Shown one piece after another: positions 52,884 to 63,731 of a stretch of 64,000 bases of DNA. A program made the translations under genes and the position numbers. Source of the stretch: an uncultured Verrucomicrobiae bacterium (GTDB lineage Bacteria > Verrucomicrobiota > Verrucomicrobiia > Chthoniobacterales > JAFAMB01); contig CAVXLD010000005.1 of the NCBI GenBank assembly GCA_963762565.1, forward strand, positions 288,001 to 352,000, given 5' to 3'. Within the stretch, counting starts at the first letter, position 1, and every line of letters begins with the position of its first letter. Below the pieces are notes generated by a model. The model was not told the DNA's origin. It ran no database searches and saw nothing but the letters and a program-made list of their open reading frames with translations.

Positions 52884-53930
52884 ATGAAACGAATTAAAGC
52901 GGCCGCGGTCCAAATTGCACCCGATCTGTCCGGTAGCGCCGGTACTCTCGAGCGCGTTTGCGACGCGATCGGCCGCGCTGCCGGCGCAGGTGTCGAGCTC
53001 GTCGTGTTTCCCGAGACATTCATCCCTTACTACCCCTACTTTTCGTTTGTCTCTCCACCAGTGGCCACGGGAAAGGAACATCTGCGTCTATACGAAAACG
53101 CAGTGGAAGTACCAGGGCCGATTACTCAAAGACTAGCCGAGGCAGCGGCTCACCACCAAATGGTGTTAGTCGTGGGGGTTAATGAGCGTGACGGCGGCAG
53201 TCTTTATAACACCCAGCTGATTTTTGATGCAGATGGTTCGCTGTTACTGAAGCGCCGCAAAATTACTCCTACCTATCATGAAAGAATGATCTGGGGACAG
53301 GGTGACGGGAGCGGATTTCGCGTCGCCCACACCGCGGTTGGCCGGGTCGGCGCGTTAGCTTGTTGGGAGCATTATAACCCATTGGCGCGTTTCGCCCTAA
53401 TGGAGGAGCGGGAAGAATTACACTGTGCGCAGTTCCCCGGTTCAATGGTCGGGCAGATCTTTGCCGATCAAATTGAGGTCACCATGCGGCATCACGCTTT
53501 AGAAGCTGGCTGTTTCGTAGTCAACGCGACCGGTTGGTTAACCGAAGAGCAGATTGCGGCGATTACTCCCGATGAGAAAATGCGCCGGGTGCTGCGGGGA
53601 GGTTGTTACACTGCGATTATATCACCGGAAGGTGTGCCGCTTTGTGAACCGATCAGGGAGGGTGAAGGCATGGCCATTGCCGAGCTTGATCCTTATCTGA
53701 TCACCAAGCGGAAACGGATGTTGGACTCAGTCGGTCACTATTCCCGGCCTGATATTTTCGCACTGACGATAGACAGGGAAGCAAAGGTTCAAGTCCAGCC
53801 GAAGTTAGCGCGGGGTCCTCTGGCTCCCGAGGTTGGAGATGAGCCAAGAAAGGAATCGGGAACAGTATATGAGGGCAACTATGGATTTTCAGAGCGCGCT
53901 CCTCACCAGGAAACAGCGGCTGCTGTCTGA
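52884..53930 (+). CDS. nitC: Nit6803-family nitrilase
   Basis: Catalytic triad motifs [24 protein letters not shown]. Confidence 0.97.
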   Translation: MKRIKAAAVQIAPDLSGSAGTLERVCDAIGRAAGAGVELVVFPETFIPYYPYFSFVSPPVATGKEHLRLYENAVEVPGPITQRLAEAAAHHQMVLVVGVNERDGGSLYNTQLIFDADGSLLLKRRKITPTYHERMIWGQGDGSGFRVAHTAVGRVGALACWEHYNPLARFALMEEREELHCAQFPGSMVGQIFADQIEVTMRHHALEAGCFVVNATGWLTEEQIAAITPDEKMRRVLRGGCYTAIISPEGVPLCEPIREGEGMAIAELDPYLITKRKRMLDSVGHYSRPDIFALTIDREAKVQVQPKLARGPLAPEVGDEPRKESGTVYEGNYGFSERAPHQETAAAV

Positions 53931-55011
53931 TCTGCAAACTCGCGGGCTGCGGTTGGTCGATCCGAAAGCGGGTGCTGCTAGCCGGATTGGTGGCGCCGGA
54001 CCAACCGATCACAAGGCGGTTACCATTCTAGGAACCACCATCATGGTTCCCGTGCATACGCACGGAGCAAATCGGTCACCCTACATGGCAATGTCCCCTG
54101 ATCATTGGGGCGTCTCTTTGTTATGCGAGAATGATGAGACGATCTGCGAGATTTCATTTCCGCCGCAGCCGAAATTTTACGGACTGAATACACAGGACGG
54201 GATTCCCTATTGGAAAATCGCGCAGCTTCATTCCCGGGATACGTTAGCGACGACCGTCCTGCAGACGTGTGTCCGCTACGGGAACAGCCAAAGCAAATGT
54301 CAATTCTGTGCGATCGGCGAGTCCTTGAAGGCAGGCCGGACCATAGCCAGGAAAACGCCGGAACAGTTAGCTGAAGTTGCTGGCGCGGCCCAGCGTTTGG
54401 ATGGAGTGGGCAATGTGGTGTTGACGACGGGGACGCCGCCGACCGACGACCACGGCGCAGCGGTGCTGGCTGATTCGGCCGCGGCCATCAGGGCTGAGAC
54501 CGGACTGCCTATTCAAGGTCAGTGCGAACCACCGGCGGATTTTAGCTGGTTCAACCGAATGCATGAGGCGGGGGTTGATGCTTTGGGAATGCATTTGGAA
54601 GCTTGGGACGAAGAAGTCCGCCGCCGGATAATGCCGGGCAAAGCGGAGGTCCCGGTTTCATTTTATCTGGAGGCGTTTAGAGCTGCGGTAGCTGAATTTG
54701 GTCGTGGTCAGGTTAGTACGTATTTGTTAGCTGGGCTCGGCGATACGGTGCCCGGCTTGTTAGAAGCAGCCAGAGTACTTATCGAAATTGGGGTTTATCC
54801 TTTCGTAGTTCCATTTGTGCCGGTTAGTGGTACGCCGTTAGCCGATCATCATCCCCCTCCGGCTGATTTTATGCGAGCGGTTCTTCAGCCAATTGGTGGT
54901 TGGCTAACGGAAGCCGGTATGACGTCGGACACTGTCAAAGCTGGTTGCACGAAGTGCGCGGCTTGTTCGACGCTCTCAAGCTTCGAGAAACAACCAATCG
55001 GGGTGAACTAA
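53881..55011 (+). CDS. nitD: MSMEG_0568-family radical SAM protein
   Basis: [24 protein letters not shown] (CX9CX2C), YPFVVPFVP, terminal CxxCxxC; start uncertain (53833-53881). Confidence 0.95.
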   Translation: MDFQSALLTRKQRLLSDLQTRGLRLVDPKAGAASRIGGAGPTDHKAVTILGTTIMVPVHTHGANRSPYMAMSPDHWGVSLLCENDETICEISFPPQPKFYGLNTQDGIPYWKIAQLHSRDTLATTVLQTCVRYGNSQSKCQFCAIGESLKAGRTIARKTPEQLAEVAGAAQRLDGVGNVVLTTGTPPTDDHGAAVLADSAAAIRAETGLPIQGQCEPPADFSWFNRMHEAGVDALGMHLEAWDEEVRRRIMPGKAEVPVSFYLEAFRAAVAEFGRGQVSTYLLAGLGDTVPGLLEAARVLIEIGVYPFVVPFVPVSGTPLADHHPPPADFMRAVLQPIGGWLTEAGMTSDTVKAGCTKCAACSTLSSFEKQPIGVN

Positions 55012-55096
55012 ATTACTCTTATACCTCTTGCCACGAATCTACCGCTCCCGATCATCCAACGCGAACGCCGAACGCCAAACGCCAAACTCCAATACT

Positions 55097-55372
55097 ATGC
55101 CCGAGGTATTCTTTACTATCGAACTGCCGGATGGCGCCACTAAAGAGTGTTATTCGCCGTCGAGTGTCGTACGGCAATATTTCGTTAAGGGCGAAGAAAT
55201 GCCGGTGCTGGAGTTCGTCCGGCGGAGCCGCCAAGCGCTGGCGGAGGCGTCAGAACGTGTGCGGGCCAAGTTTGGATTTGGCTGTTCGAGCGCGGCCGCC
55301 CAGCTCAGCGAGATCGAGCAATGGACTCGGAGTTATGCGCATAACGCTGTTGTTCGGATTGTTAGTATTTGA
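55097..55372 (+). CDS. nitG: MSMEG_0570-family protein (Nit1C)
   Basis: MPE...PDG...CYSPS, ASERVRAKFGFGCS. Confidence 0.93.
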   Translation: MPEVFFTIELPDGATKECYSPSSVVRQYFVKGEEMPVLEFVRRSRQALAEASERVRAKFGFGCSSAAAQLSEIEQWTRSYAHNAVVRIVSI

Positions 55373-55412
55373 ACTGTAAATTGGCTGGTCCGCTTTCACA
55401 GGATGAAAACAA

Positions 55413-56732
55413 ATGAGTACGAATCAGAATAATGGTAGCGAAGAGAGAGGGTTCGCCGGCCATTACCCGGTGATCATCATCGGGGGCGGCCATGCCGGGC
55501 TCTCCATGAGTTTTTGTCTAAAGCAGCGACGGATCGAGCATCTAATCTTTGAAAAAGATCGGATGGCGCAATCGTGGCGGTCCAGGCGTTGGGATTCGTT
55601 TTGTCTGGTGACACCCAATTGGCAGTGCCAGTTACCAGGGTTCCCTTATTCCGGGACTGATCCAGACGGCTTCATGAAGAAGGATGAGATCGTTGCCTAT
55701 ATCGAGGCTTACGCCAAATCGTTCCAGCCGCCGATTCTGGAAGGAGTAAGTGTGGGACGCTTAAGCCGGGACGAGGCAGGTCGGTTTCTCGTCGCCACGA
55801 GTATGGGCGATTATTCGGCCGATCAGGTGGTCGTAGCGACCGGAGGATATCAGGTTCCGTCCGTACCACGTATCGCGGAACGTTTTCCTAGCTCCGTTGG
55901 GCAGATTCTTTCCAGCAACTACAAAAATCCGGAATCAATTGCTCCCGGCGACGTGTTAGTTGTCGGTTCGGGCCAGTCCGGTTGCCAGATCGCCGAGGAT
56001 CTACATATCGCTGGACGCCGAGTTCATTTATGCGTCGGCGGCGCACCCCGCACGGCTCGCCGGTACCGAGGCAAAGACGTCGTGGCTTGGTTGCATGAGA
56101 TGGGGTACTACGATAAACCAATCCATGAACACCCACTGAAAGAACGCGTCAGGGCTAAAGCAAATCATTATGTAACCGGACGCGACGGGGGACGTGATAT
56201 CGATCTGCGGAAATTGGCGACCGAAGGTATGCAACTTTATGGCCGGCTGCAGGATGTAACCGGGACCCGGCTAGAGTTCGCGGATGATCTGAAATTGAAC
56301 TTGGATCAAGCTGATGCCGTGGCTGAGAGCATCAAGAATACGATCGATAAATTCATCGAATCAGCCGGGATCAACACCCCGGTGGAAGAACGATATCGCC
56401 CCGTTTGGGAACCTACCAACCTAGCTTTGGAGTTGGACTATATCGCCGCCAATATCACAACTGTCATTTGGTCGATCGGTTATCGAACTGATTACAGTTG
56501 GATTGAAGTTCCGGTTTTCGATGGGAAAGGGTATCCCGCACATCAACGAGGCGTGACTACGGTCCCGGGCCTTTATTTTCTAGGGTTACCATGGCAATAC
56601 ACTTGGGGGTCAGGCCGTTTTTCTGGCGTGGCTCGCGATGCCACCTTTCTGGCTGACTATATCGAGGCACGCCGGGGTGCTCCGACGCCGGAGTCCCCGC
56701 GGTTGTTGAATGAGTTAGCGCTGGGATCGTGA
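55413..56732 (+). CDS. nitH: MSMEG_0569-family flavin-dependent oxidoreductase
   Basis: GGGHAG, RWDSFCLVTPNWQC, GSGQSGCQIAEDL, NHYVTGRDGG. Confidence 0.95.
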   Translation: MSTNQNNGSEERGFAGHYPVIIIGGGHAGLSMSFCLKQRRIEHLIFEKDRMAQSWRSRRWDSFCLVTPNWQCQLPGFPYSGTDPDGFMKKDEIVAYIEAYAKSFQPPILEGVSVGRLSRDEAGRFLVATSMGDYSADQVVVATGGYQVPSVPRIAERFPSSVGQILSSNYKNPESIAPGDVLVVGSGQSGCQIAEDLHIAGRRVHLCVGGAPRTARRYRGKDVVAWLHEMGYYDKPIHEHPLKERVRAKANHYVTGRDGGRDIDLRKLATEGMQLYGRLQDVTGTRLEFADDLKLNLDQADAVAESIKNTIDKFIESAGINTPVEERYRPVWEPTNLALELDYIAANITTVIWSIGYRTDYSWIEVPVFDGKGYPAHQRGVTTVPGLYFLGLPWQYTWGSGRFSGVARDATFLADYIEARRGAPTPESPRLLNELALGS

Positions 56733-56869
56733 GCTTGGCCCGAGCCTGAGCTATATCTGTAACCGCTTCGTCTTACTGCGGTGAATTCCGGCCAGTTGCC
56801 GGGAAACTTAGCCGCACGTTTTCGCCTCGACAAGCAAGCACCAGATCAATGTAGACTCAGCAGGCGGCA

Positions 56870-59800
56870 ATGATTCGTTACCGGATATTCTTATCCTCGC
56901 CTGGAGATGTCGGCCGGGAGCGAGAGGTGGCTATCCAGGTAGTGAAAAGACTCAGGAAGCGTTACCTGGGCGAGATCGAGACAGAGCTCTATCTCTGGGA
57001 ACATGAACCGATGCTGGCTAGCCGGGGTGATTTCCAAGAGAATATTCCGGAACCCACCGAGTTCGATTTAGTAATTTGTGTGCTCTGGTCGCGATTAGGT
57101 ACCCGGCTACATCCGGGCAGACACCGGCGCCCGGATGGTACCGCGTATAGCTCGGGCACTGAGTACGAATTCGAAGTGGCTCTAGAAGGATTTCGAACGA
57201 ATCGCCGGCCTGATCTCTTGGTGTATCGACGGGATGAAATTCCGTTGTTTCCGGCTAGCCCAAAGGAGCGGCGTGCCGCCTTGGAACAACAATGGGAGGG
57301 ATTAGAACAGTTTTGCCGGAAATGGTTTACTGATGAGGACCAGGGCAGCATTAAGCTGGCGTTCAACAGTTACCGAAACCTAGCTCAATTCGAAGAGAAC
57401 TTGGAGCGGCATCTTCACGAGCTGCTGCAGGCATATCGAGCCAAGAATGGCATGATCAGCCAGCCCCAGGAAGGGCAGGTTCAGGAGCGATGGATCGGGG
57501 AATCACCCTACCGTGGTTTGCAAGTCTTTGAATTTGAACACGAGGCGATTTTTTTCGGGCGAACCAAACAACGAGACGAGATTCTAGGGACGTTGCAAGC
57601 ACGTTTGGTCGAGGAGGGTACGCCTTTTGTTCTCATCTTCGGCGCCAGCGGCAGCGGAAAGAGCTCGCTCCTGAGAGCGGGAGTAATGCCCTGGCTTTGC
57701 CGGCCCGGGGTCATTGATGGAGTTGGCCTTTGGCGATCGATGGTGGTTCGTCCATCGGATTCCACGGGCGATCTGCTCCAAGGATTAGCAGGAGCGCTGC
57801 TAAGTCCTGGGGCACTTCCTGAGATCGGAGCGGATGGCACCGATGCGCTCAAATTGGCGGCCTTGCTGGAAAAGAATCCTGAGGGGCTTGGTCTACTAGT
57901 GAAGGAAGCGTTGTCGCGAGCGGCCGGAGAGGAGCAACGCCGGCGGGACCTGTTGCAGCAACCGGTCGCACGTCTGGCCATCGGGCTCGACCAATTGGAG
58001 GAAATTTTTACTTTGGCTGAACGGTTCAGCATCGAGCAACTAATCAGATTCTTCAAAGCAGTCCGAGCCGTGGCGGAGAGCGGTTTTGGTTGGGTAGTCG
58101 CTACGTTGCGCAGCGATTTCTTTAGCCGATGTGAGGAGATCGACGATCTGGTAGAGCTCAAACAGGGTAAAGGGCAATATCATCTTTTGGCCCCGAATGC
58201 TGCGCAATTAAGCCAGATCATTCGGTATCCGGCCGAGGCGGCCGGTGCGGTGTTCGAAGAAGATCCAGAAAGAGGCCGGTTAGATGAACGGATCCGGGAT
58301 GACGCATTGAGAGAACCGGGCGGACTGCCGCTGCTTGAATATGCCCTGGATGAATTATTCCGGACCGGTGGTGCAGACGGGCTATTAAGCCACGCCGAGT
58401 ACGATACGTTAGGCGGAGTGGAAGGCGCGCTGCGAAAAAGGGCAGAAGACACGTTTGCCGGGCTGCCGCTATTGGAACGAGAAGGTTTGGGGCCAGTGTT
58501 ACGCCAGATAGTGAGGCTAGGGTCTGGTGATGATGAAACCTTGACCCGGAGAGTATCAGGTTATGAAGCAGCCGCCGCGCAGCCCGGAGCGCGGGGATTG
58601 GTGGAGGCGTTCATCAGCGCCCGCTTGCTGGTCGCCGATCGGGATAGCACGGGCGCTCGGACCTTGATGGTTGCGCATGAGGCATTGTTCCGGGTCTGGC
58701 CGGAAGTAGGTCGCTGGGAAAAAGAGAACCGCGACTTCTTACGGGTGCGGGCGCGGTTAGGCGAAGCGATGGCCAGATGGATCGAATGTAACCGGGAAAG
58801 TGACTATCTATTGGCTCCCGGGCGGCCACTGGCAGAAGCCGAGGAGTTGTTGCAGGACTATGAGGCGAGCCTAGACCCAGAAGAAGAAAATTACATCCAG
58901 GCTTCCCGAGCAAAGGTAGCACGAGCGGCCGGACGCAGGCGGTTAGTCATCACCGGGGTGATCACGGTGCTAGCGGCGGTTGCAGGGGCAGCCATCTGGC
59001 AATGGCGTGAAGCGGTCGTCCAGAAGGGATTAGCCGTGCAAAGCGAGAACCGAGCCGTTTCGGCAAGGAACAGCGCGGAAAGCATCCTTAACTATCTACT
59101 TAATCAGCTCAGCGATAAGCTTCAGCCGATCGGGCATCTCGATATCATTGAAGATGTGCAAAAACAGGTAGAAACCTATTATAAGAATCTAGGTTTCAGC
59201 GAGCAAGACCCCAAAGGGCTAAGCAACTGGGCTATACTGCTGAAACTAGAGGGTGAACGACTCCAGGCACAGGGCGATCTGGTTGGAGCCAAGGCGAAAT
59301 TCGAAGAGCGACTCCACATTATTCAAAAGCTCGTTAAAAGTGAGCCGAGCAACCCAGTGTGGGGGAGCGATTTGTCGATCAGCTATTACCGGCTGGGCGA
59401 CGTGTTGCAAGCCCAAGGCGATTTGAACGCCGCCAAAGCGCAATACCAGAGTGCGCTGGAGCTTCTGCACACCCTGGTCAAACAAGACCCCGGCAACAAC
59501 GCCTGGCAGCGCGATCTGTCTGTCAGTTGTAATAAGCTCGGGGACGTGCTGCAGGCCGAAGGCGATTTGAACGGCGCCAAGGCGCAATACCAGAGTGCGC
59601 TCAAGATCTCGCAGACCCTGGTTAGGCAGGACTCGAGCAACACCGTTTGGCAACGCGATCTGTCGTTCACACACAATCGGCTCGGCGACGTGTTAGACCT
59701 GCAGGGGGACTTGGACGGCGCAAAAGCCCAATTCCAAAACGGGCTCGTGATCGTCCAGAAACTGGCTGATCGCGACCAAGGCAACAGCGACTGGCGACTC

Positions 59801-60268
59801 GATTTGTCGGTCAGCTATGAGCGACTCGGCGACGTACTAAGAGAGCAAGTCGATTGGAACGGTGCTCAGACCGAATATCAGAGTGCACTCGACATCAGAC
59901 TGAAACTAGCTAGCCAGGACCCGGGCAATAGCGTTTGGCAACACGCTTTGTCCATTAGTTATAATTTACTCGGCGACGTAATGAGAGCGCAGGGGGATTT
60001 GAACGGCGCCAAGGTCCAATACCAAAAATACCTCGAGATAGCAGAGAAGTTAACCAAACAGGATCCGGGCAACAGCGTTTGGCAACACAATTTATCAGAG
60101 GCTTACAAAGCCTTTGGCATTTTGCTAAAAGAGCAAGGGGATTTCAGTGGTGCCCGAAAGAACTTCCAAGCGAGCCTGGCCATTTTAACCGATTTAATCC
60201 GGCTCCACGGCGAGAATCCGACCTGGGAAGCAGATCTCGATTCGGTTAAGAAGGAGTTGGATGAGTAG
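56870..60268 (+). CDS. STAND-class NTPase with DUF4062/TIR-like N-terminus, TM helix and TPR repeats
   Basis: IFLSSPGDV...SGTEYEF; SPYRGL..F; Walker A GASGSGKSS; Walker B LDQLEE; LRSDF, LPLL, VAHEAL; TM LVITGVITVLAAVAGAAIW; 48-aa TPR-like repeats. Confidence 0.9.
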   Translation: MIRYRIFLSSPGDVGREREVAIQVVKRLRKRYLGEIETELYLWEHEPMLASRGDFQENIPEPTEFDLVICVLWSRLGTRLHPGRHRRPDGTAYSSGTEYEFEVALEGFRTNRRPDLLVYRRDEIPLFPASPKERRAALEQQWEGLEQFCRKWFTDEDQGSIKLAFNSYRNLAQFEENLERHLHELLQAYRAKNGMISQPQEGQVQERWIGESPYRGLQVFEFEHEAIFFGRTKQRDEILGTLQARLVEEGTPFVLIFGASGSGKSSLLRAGVMPWLCRPGVIDGVGLWRSMVVRPSDSTGDLLQGLAGALLSPGALPEIGADGTDALKLAALLEKNPEGLGLLVKEALSRAAGEEQRRRDLLQQPVARLAIGLDQLEEIFTLAERFSIEQLIRFFKAVRAVAESGFGWVVATLRSDFFSRCEEIDDLVELKQGKGQYHLLAPNAAQLSQIIRYPAEAAGAVFEEDPERGRLDERIRDDALREPGGLPLLEYALDELFRTGGADGLLSHAEYDTLGGVEGALRKRAEDTFAGLPLLEREGLGPVLRQIVRLGSGDDETLTRRVSGYEAAAAQPGARGLVEAFISARLLVADRDSTGARTLMVAHEALFRVWPEVGRWEKENRDFLRVRARLGEAMARWIECNRESDYLLAPGRPLAEAEELLQDYEASLDPEEENYIQASRAKVARAAGRRRLVITGVITVLAAVAGAAIWQWREAVVQKGLAVQSENRAVSARNSAESILNYLLNQLSDKLQPIGHLDIIEDVQKQVETYYKNLGFSEQDPKGLSNWAILLKLEGERLQAQGDLVGAKAKFEERLHIIQKLVKSEPSNPVWGSDLSISYYRLGDVLQAQGDLNAAKAQYQSALELLHTLVKQDPGNNAWQRDLSVSCNKLGDVLQAEGDLNGAKAQYQSALKISQTLVRQDSSNTVWQRDLSFTHNRLGDVLDLQGDLDGAKAQFQNGLVIVQKLADRDQGNSDWRLDLSVSYERLGDVLREQVDWNGAQTEYQSALDIRLKLASQDPGNSVWQHALSISYNLLGDVMRAQGDLNGAKVQYQKYLEIAEKLTKQDPGNSVWQHNLSEAYKAFGILLKEQGDFSGARKNFQASLAILTDLIRLHGENPTWEADLDSVKKELDE

Positions 60269-60465
60269 TCTGTCGACCAGCCGAGGATCACGCCTACCGC
60301 ATGGCTGGGAGATCGAAGCCTCTTCCTAGGTAGGCTAACATAGCTGGCCCGACCGCGCATGACTACGTCGCGGCAAGACTTTTGCTGAGACTTTTTTTTT
60401 ACAAAACAGATCGACTTTAGGCTCGATCCTGAGTCACCTTGATTTTCTTAAGCGCCCAATAATAT

Positions 60466-61281
60466 ATGGGAATCCATTCGGTAACCAACAATCCGGCTCA
60501 ACAGTCTGGCGACCAATACGCGTTGCGAATGATCAACATCGAAAAGTATTTCGGTCAGGTCCGCGCGCTCACCGACATTAACCTGGACGTCGGCCGCAAC
60601 GAGATCGTGGGGTTGATCGGGGATAATGGCGCCGGTAAATCGACCATCGTTAAAATCCTGACTGGCGTGTTTCCCCCTACCAGTGGCGAGTTATACATTG
60701 CCGGCCGCCAAGTCGATTTTCGTCGTTATAACGTCCAGAGTGCGCACGTTCACGGAATCGAAACCGTTTACCAGGATAAATCGCTCGGTGAAAAACAGGT
60801 TCTGTGGCGCAATTTCTTTATCGGACGCCAAATCGTGAATCGGTTTGGCTTCATCGACGTGAAAAAGGAAAAGGCGGTGGCCAGCGAGATTATGCTCAAC
60901 ACCATTGGTTTCCGAGGCAAAGGGATCACCGTCGAATCGACCGTGAGCCGGCTCTCCGGCGGCGAGCGCCAAGGGATCGCGATCGGGCGCGCCATGTATT
61001 TCGAGGCTGACCTCATCATCCTGGATGAACCAACCGTTGCGTTGTCGCTCAAGGAAGTCGCGAAGGTGATTAACTTCGTTCACAAGATCAAAGAGGCCGG
61101 CAAGGCCAGCATTTACATTTCTCATAGCCTCCCGGATGTGTACGAGGTTTGCGATCGGTTCGTGGTGCTGGATCGCGGCGAGATCGGGGCAAGCATCTCG
61201 AAAAAGGACATTACTTTGAAAGAGCTGGACGAGTTTCTACTCGAGTACGCTCACGGCCGGAAAGACAAGCAGCAACCATGA
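60466..61281 (+). CDS. Sugar ABC transporter ATP-binding protein
   Basis: GDNGAGKST, LSGGERQ, ILDEPT. Confidence 0.95.
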   Translation: MGIHSVTNNPAQQSGDQYALRMINIEKYFGQVRALTDINLDVGRNEIVGLIGDNGAGKSTIVKILTGVFPPTSGELYIAGRQVDFRRYNVQSAHVHGIETVYQDKSLGEKQVLWRNFFIGRQIVNRFGFIDVKKEKAVASEIMLNTIGFRGKGITVESTVSRLSGGERQGIAIGRAMYFEADLIILDEPTVALSLKEVAKVINFVHKIKEAGKASIYISHSLPDVYEVCDRFVVLDRGEIGASISKKDITLKELDEFLLEYAHGRKDKQQP

Positions 61282-62336
61282 ATTTCGTAAAAGCAGCTTA
61301 TCGGTTTCTCGGCCGCCTCGAAGGCTTCGCCATTGCGATGGTGTTGCTGGTCCTCTACGTCGTGTTGATCTTGGCCGCTCCGGCAGTGTTCAGCAAGCCG
61401 ATGATCTACATGTCGTTTTTGGAGACCGTGCCGCCCACCCTGATCGCGGCGCTAGGGTTGACGCTCGTGATCACCGCGGGTGAGATCGATTTAAGTTTTC
61501 CAGCCGTGGTGTCGTTGTCGGGCTTCGCGCTCGCTTGGGGGTGGAGGACGTTCGACCCGGCCTACGGTGCGTTGATTGGCATCGTGCTCGCCTTGGCGGC
61601 CGGCGCTCTCGTCGGGTATATCAATGGCCTGATGGTCGCGCGGATTGGCGTCCCATCGATAATGGCAACCTTAGCCGCCAATTTCTTTTGGTACGGTATC
61701 TCGATCCTGCTCGCCGGAGGTCTCCAGCAGACATTGAAGGGGAGCGAAGACAATCTCGTTCACCAGATTCTGGTGGGCCGGCCGTTTTTTGGTATTCCAC
61801 TTCAGGCGTTGTGGTCGTTGGCGCTCGCGGTTTTTCTCTGGTTTATCCTTAACCGCCATAAGTTCGGAGAAAGCGTCATGTTCATCGGCGACAACGCCAA
61901 CGTCGCCCGGGTGATGGGGGTTAACGTCGAAGCGACACGCGTCCGGCTATTCACGTTCCAGGGCATGATCGCCGCTTTTTCTGGGATTATCGTAACCTTG
62001 GATATTGGGGTGTTCTACCCGGATCAAGGCAACTTTCTTTTGCCGGCGATGGCCTCTGTATTTGTCGGTGGAACCTCGATCGCTGGAGGCGCCGGCTCTA
62101 TCTTCGGAACCTTTTTCGGATCGTATGTCATCGGCTCCCTGGCAGCCGGCGTGGTTGCAACCACGATCAGCGGTTACTGGGTCCAGGTTGTCGAAGGCGG
62201 CGTTATGGCAGCCGTTGTGGTCCTGAACGCCGCGACGGGCAAAGGAGATTTCGCTTCGTTGTTCAGCCGATTCCGGGTCAAAGGAGTTCAGGAGTTCGGG
62301 AGTTCAGGAGTTCAGAAAGACGAACGGCCGGGGTGA
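61278..62336 (+). CDS. Sugar ABC transporter permease
   Basis: GEIDLSF, VFVGGTSIAGG; multi-TM; ATGA overlap with the upstream gene. Confidence 0.93.
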   Translation: MNFVKAAYRFLGRLEGFAIAMVLLVLYVVLILAAPAVFSKPMIYMSFLETVPPTLIAALGLTLVITAGEIDLSFPAVVSLSGFALAWGWRTFDPAYGALIGIVLALAAGALVGYINGLMVARIGVPSIMATLAANFFWYGISILLAGGLQQTLKGSEDNLVHQILVGRPFFGIPLQALWSLALAVFLWFILNRHKFGESVMFIGDNANVARVMGVNVEATRVRLFTFQGMIAAFSGIIVTLDIGVFYPDQGNFLLPAMASVFVGGTSIAGGAGSIFGTFFGSYVIGSLAAGVVATTISGYWVQVVEGGVMAAVVVLNAATGKGDFASLFSRFRVKGVQEFGSSGVQKDERPG

Positions 62337-62610
62337 GCGTGTCGGCGTATGGCCGTATCGGCGGGGGGCACGCGTTGGGCGCTGCGAACGGATGGGACCT
62401 ATAGGACTTATGGGACTGATAGGATCCGTCCCATTAGTCCCATCGGTCCCATAAGTCCTATCTATCCGCAGCGCCCAACGCGCGCCCCCCCGCCGACACG
62501 CCCAAACGCCTTCCGAACTTCGCCCCCGCGTTTTCCGTTAACGTTCACGGCCGGACACGTTTTTTAGCGCGATTCTGAACTCCTTGAACTCCCGAACTCC
62601 TGAACTCCTT
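62282..62610. repeat. Nested palindrome: GGAGTTCA arrays around a GGGACCTAT-family hairpin
   Basis: ggagttcaggagttcgggagttcaggagttcag ... ctgaactccttgaactcccgaactcctgaactcc; inner arms resemble 39787-39845. Confidence 0.8.
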
Positions 62611-62704
62611 CCTCTTTGAGCTTTACCAAAAGCGAGAACCTTCATTTAATCAGAGCTAACCCCCTCAGCGAGTCTCGCTGAAACCACGAGTTCATTCATT
62701 TATT

Positions 62705-63712
62705 ATGAGCCCAAAAATAAAGTGTTTCTGTTCTGCTACAGCGTTCGGACTTGCGTCCGCTTTCGCTTTAGTTATGGCGCCGTTGAAGTCGTTAGGCGCC
62801 GATGGCAAGATCGTTGTTTACATGCAAATGGGCGGCGATCCGGGCATCGCCTCGGTTTTAGCCCGCACCACTGGCGCAGAGGCTGCAGCCAAAGCTCTCG
62901 GCATCGAACTGCATGAGCAGTACGCCAGCTGGGATTCAAAGAAGATGATCGACGAATTCAAGGAGGCAATTGCTGCAAAACCCGATGGCATCGAGATTAT
63001 GGGCCACCCGGGCGAAGATGCGATGGGACCATTGGTCGACCAAGCCGAGGCTCAAGGTATTATCGTGACCAGCGGCAATAACCCGCTACCCAACCTGGAA
63101 AAGAAGTACAAAGATAAAGGCTTCGGCTATGCTGGAGCGGATCTGTATGCGGGTGGCTATCTAACCGGTCAAGCCATGGTCGAAAGCGGGAAACTCAAGC
63201 CGGGCGATAAGGCGCTGGTTTGGGACATCTTCCACCAGGAAGGCCGCAGCCGAAGCTCACAGGGCGTTTTTGACGCGCTCGAGAAAACTCTCGGCAAAGG
63301 TAACGTTGAAAAGCTTGATGTAACCCAGGATATCGACAGTGATGCCACCAAGGGTATCCCGGTAATGACCGCTTATCTGGCGGCTCATCCTAACCTCAAA
63401 GCCATCGGCACCCAGCATGGCCAGCTCACTGCTATTCTGCCGAAGATTCTAAAAGATGCGGGCAAGAAACCCGGTGATGTTGTGGTAGGCGGTATTGACC
63501 TCGGTCCGGACGTCATCAAAGGCATCAAAGACGGTTACATCGTAGCCAGCTTCGATCAGGTTCTTTACCTGCAGGGTTGGGATCCGGTGATGCAAATCTG
63601 GTTAACCAAGAAGTATCTTATCCCAGGTCTACATCAGGACACCGGCGTTGGCTTGGTCACTCCAGCAAATGTCGATAAGATCGCACCTCTTATCCAGCAA
63701 GGGTATCGCTGA
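62705..63712 (+). CDS. Sugar ABC transporter substrate-binding protein
   Basis: Signal peptide, AIAAKPDGI, DQVLYLQG; RbsB-like. Confidence 0.92.
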   Translation: MSPKIKCFCSATAFGLASAFALVMAPLKSLGADGKIVVYMQMGGDPGIASVLARTTGAEAAAKALGIELHEQYASWDSKKMIDEFKEAIAAKPDGIEIMGHPGEDAMGPLVDQAEAQGIIVTSGNNPLPNLEKKYKDKGFGYAGADLYAGGYLTGQAMVESGKLKPGDKALVWDIFHQEGRSRSSQGVFDALEKTLGKGNVEKLDVTQDIDSDATKGIPVMTAYLAAHPNLKAIGTQHGQLTAILPKILKDAGKKPGDVVVGGIDLGPDVIKGIKDGYIVASFDQVLYLQGWDPVMQIWLTKKYLIPGLHQDTGVGLVTPANVDKIAPLIQQGYR

Positions 63713-63731
63713 TTATGGTAGGGCGAGGCGC

